Shown here piece after piece: positions 25,102 to 26,914 of a stretch of DNA of 26,914 nucleotides. The DNA lies in assembly GCA_035934835.1 (NCBI GenBank), contig DASYXP010000037.1, positions 1 to 26,914 on the forward strand, in the 5' to 3' direction. This stretch comes from Gemmatimonadales bacterium (GTDB lineage: Bacteria > Gemmatimonadota > Gemmatimonadetes > Gemmatimonadales > GWC2-71-9). Below the pieces are notes generated by a model. The model was given only the letters and a program-made list of their open reading frames with translations, searched no databases and was not told the origin of the DNA. How positions within the stretch are numbered: the first letter of the stretch is position 1; the number at the start of each line of letters is the position of its first letter. Made by a program: the position numbers and the translations under genes.

Positions 25102-25161
25102 CCGGTCGCTGATGGCCGGTAGCTGATAGCTCTCCCAACGCCCAACGACTGGCGACCAACG
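25099..25161. repeat. Two adjacent heptamer arrays (TAGCTGA type and CCCAACG type)
   Basis: TAGCCGG TCGCTGA TGGCCGG TAGCTGA TAGCT, then CCCAACG CCCAACG ACTGGCG ACCAACG. Confidence 0.75.
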
Positions 25162-25166
25162 ACCCC

Positions 25167-25424
25167 ATGGAAGACATCCTCGCCATCATCCTGATCTTCG
25201 GCGGCGGCACCGCCATCGCGATCTCGTTCAGCCCCATCGGGCGGGCGATCGCCGAGCGGATCCGCGGCAAGGCGGCGTTCGCCGATCCCGACCCGCAGGT
25301 CCTGGCCGAGCTGGATGATCTTCGGGGGCAGCTGGCGGAACTCCAGGAGCGGATGGACTTCTCGGAGCGGCTCCTCGGCCAGGCCCGGCCGGAGCGGGCC
25401 ATCGATGCCGGGGGGACGCACTGA
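25167..25424 (+). CDS. Paralog 3/7: small membrane protein (1 TM + coiled coil)
   Basis: SPIGRAIAERI ... ELQERMDFSERLL. Confidence 0.88.
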   Translation: MEDILAIILIFGGGTAIAISFSPIGRAIAERIRGKAAFADPDPQVLAELDDLRGQLAELQERMDFSERLLGQARPERAIDAGGTH

Positions 25425-25780
25425 TGGCGCGCCGGGAGCGGGGCACCGGGTTCGAGCGCCTGCTGCCCATCGTGGGCCTCACGGTGATCGGGTACGTCGT
25501 GGTGGCGCTCAACGTGGGGGTGCCGTTCGCGGTGCCGGGGTTCTTCTTCCTCCTCGCTGGTGGCGTGGGATTCCTCTTCTCGCCGATGGGACGGGCCCTG
25601 ACGCGGCGCTTCGAGGCCGATGCCGGGCATCTGGCACCCGAGATCCCCGGCGAACTGCTCACCGAAGTCGACGAACTTCGTGGCCGGGTGGCCGAGCTGG
25701 AGGAGCGGCTCGATTTTGCGGAGCGGATGCTGGCGCATCACGGCGACCGGCCCGAATTGCCGGCGCCAGGGAGGAACTGA
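25424..25780 (+). CDS. Paralog 4/7: small membrane protein (2 TM + coiled coil)
   Basis: TGATG overlap. SPMGRALTRRF ... ELEERLDFAERML. Confidence 0.88.
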   Translation: MARRERGTGFERLLPIVGLTVIGYVVVALNVGVPFAVPGFFFLLAGGVGFLFSPMGRALTRRFEADAGHLAPEIPGELLTEVDELRGRVAELEERLDFAERMLAHHGDRPELPAPGRN

Positions 25781-25781
25781 G

Positions 25782-26075
25782 GTGGGCCCGGTAAGTTCGC
25801 AGGGGGATCTGATCCAGGTCGTCGTGATCGTCGGCTCGCTGATCCTCTTCGGCCGCGTCGTGCGGTACATCGGCCCGGCGCTCGCCCGGAGGCTCGGCGG
25901 CGAAGCAGACAGTGGCCGGCGGGCCGACGCGCTCCAGGCCGACGTCGACGACCTCAAGGCCCGGCTGGCCGACCTGGAGCACGATCGCGACCGGCTGATC
26001 GAGCTCGAGGAGCGCCTCGACTTCACCGAGCGGATGCTCGCCAAGCCGTCCGACCCGCGGCGCACGGGGCACTGA
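25782..26075 (+). CDS. Paralog 5/7: small membrane protein (1 TM + coiled coil), 97 aa
   Basis: GTG at 25782, GGGAGG 7 nt upstream. IGPALARRL ... ELEERLDFTERML. Confidence 0.85.
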   Translation: MGPVSSQGDLIQVVVIVGSLILFGRVVRYIGPALARRLGGEADSGRRADALQADVDDLKARLADLEHDRDRLIELEERLDFTERMLAKPSDPRRTGH

Positions 26076-26351
26076 GTGGACTTCGAGACTGGCCTCAAGG
26101 TGCTGCTGTACATCGCGGCGGCGGTCGCCATCCCGGTCGGGGCGTATGCGGTGATCGCGGCCATCCGGGCCATCTGGGGCAAGGATGAACCGGGGAAGCT
26201 CGGCGCCGAGGATGCCGCGGCGTTGCGGGAGCGGGTGGAGGAGCTCGAGACCCAGGTGGCGCGGCTGGGCGAGCTCGAAGGCCGGCTGGAATTCACCGAG
26301 CGGTTACTGGCGCAGGGGAAGGCGAGCGACGCACTGCGTGGGGAGGACTGA
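26076..26351 (+). CDS. Paralog 6/7: small membrane protein (1 TM + coiled coil)
   Basis: GTG directly after the previous stop. ELEGRLEFTERLL. Confidence 0.85.
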   Translation: MDFETGLKVLLYIAAAVAIPVGAYAVIAAIRAIWGKDEPGKLGAEDAAALRERVEELETQVARLGELEGRLEFTERLLAQGKASDALRGED

Positions 26352-26352
26352 G

Positions 26353-26670
26353 ATGCTGCAGGCCATTCCGCCGGTCCCGCCGCCGCCCGCCGCGGTCCTC
26401 TTCCCGGGCGGCCAGCCGGCGGCCGCGATGCTGGTGTTCGCCCTCGCGGCCATCGCGGCGATGACGCTGATCCTCTTCCCGCTGGTCCGCGCGTGGGCCC
26501 GGCGGCTGGAGGGGGGTGCCCCCCGCGACGACAGCGACCTGCAGGTCGGTGCGCGGGTGGAGCACCTGGAGCAGCGGCTGGCCGATGCCGAGGAGCGGCT
26601 CGATTTCGCCGAGCGGATGCTGGCGCGCGGCGCGGAAGCACCCGCGCTGCCTCGGGAGAAGGCGGACTGA
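26353..26670 (+). CDS. Paralog 7/7: small membrane protein (1 TM + coiled coil), 105 aa
   Basis: ATG at 26353 after GGGAGG. FPLVRAWARRL ... DAEERLDFAERML. Confidence 0.85.
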   Translation: MLQAIPPVPPPPAAVLFPGGQPAAAMLVFALAAIAAMTLILFPLVRAWARRLEGGAPRDDSDLQVGARVEHLEQRLADAEERLDFAERMLARGAEAPALPREKAD

Positions 26671-26720
26671 CGGCCCGGGCCTGTCCCGGCGGAGTTACAT
26701 TCTTGGCGGGAGGGAAAGCG

Positions 26721-26914
26721 ATGATCACGGTGGACGACGTCGAGGGATTCCTCGACCGGCTGGACGGCGGCACCCTGCAGTCCCGCGCCGCGGGCGAGGG
26801 GCTCTGGCTGGTCCGCACCCCGGACGGGCTGGAGGTGGCGGTCAATGCGGTGGCGCCGCTCCTGGTGCTCCGGATCAACGTGATGCGGCTCCCCAAGGAC
26901 GCGAAGAAACTGGC
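26721..26914 (+). CDS. 5' part of a CesT/YbjN (T3SS-chaperone-like fold) protein, truncated by window end
   Basis: GGGAGGG RBS, ATG at 26721, frame open to the window end: MITVDDVEGFLDRLDGGTLQSRAAGEGLWLVRTPDGLEVAVNAVAPLLVLRINVMRLPKDAKKL. The helix-plus-strands pattern fits this fold. Not in the ORF track because there is no stop. Confidence 0.6.
   Translation, partial: MITVDDVEGFLDRLDGGTLQSRAAGEGLWLVRTPDGLEVAVNAVAPLLVLRINVMRLPKDAKKL

Overview
Very GC-rich bacterial DNA; the gene set suggests Gemmatimonadota (inference, not verified). (1) 105-6577, minus strand: a four-gene multiheme operon encoding a lipoprotein cytochrome (8 CXXCH + 1 CX4CH), a membrane-anchored NapC/NirT-like cytochrome (19 CXXCH + 1 CX4CH), a predicted outer-membrane beta-barrel and a secreted 16-heme cytochrome. 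Together they carry 43 canonical + 2 atypical heme motifs and resemble a porin-cytochrome trans-envelope electron conduit. (2) 6658-11022, plus strand: a divergent, atypical cytochrome c maturation cluster with a CxxxY-type ccmE, ccmF, a Cys-rich ccmH-like gene with a Tat-like signal, and two zinc-ribbon membrane proteins that may form a split CcmI. (3) 11229-13889: two small beta-barrels flanking a lipoprotein; one barrel has a sigma54-type promoter. (4) 14031-19387: a five-gene translationally coupled operon (TPR, degenerate macro domain, Cys-less transglutaminase-like protein, ABC ATPase, permease). (5) uvrA, a small Sm-like ORF and sdaAB/sdaAA. (6) 24444-26670: seven tandem paralogous small membrane proteins sharing an 'ERLDFxERxL' coiled-coil motif, behind an ECF-type promoter and followed by a truncated CesT/YbjN-like gene. 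Degenerate 7-bp tandem repeats fill the intergenic gaps from 19.4 to 25.2 kb, and one inverted pair of them is inserted in frame in uvrA. No rRNA, tRNA, CRISPR array or transposase was recognised. Family assignments come from motif recognition only; no searches were run.
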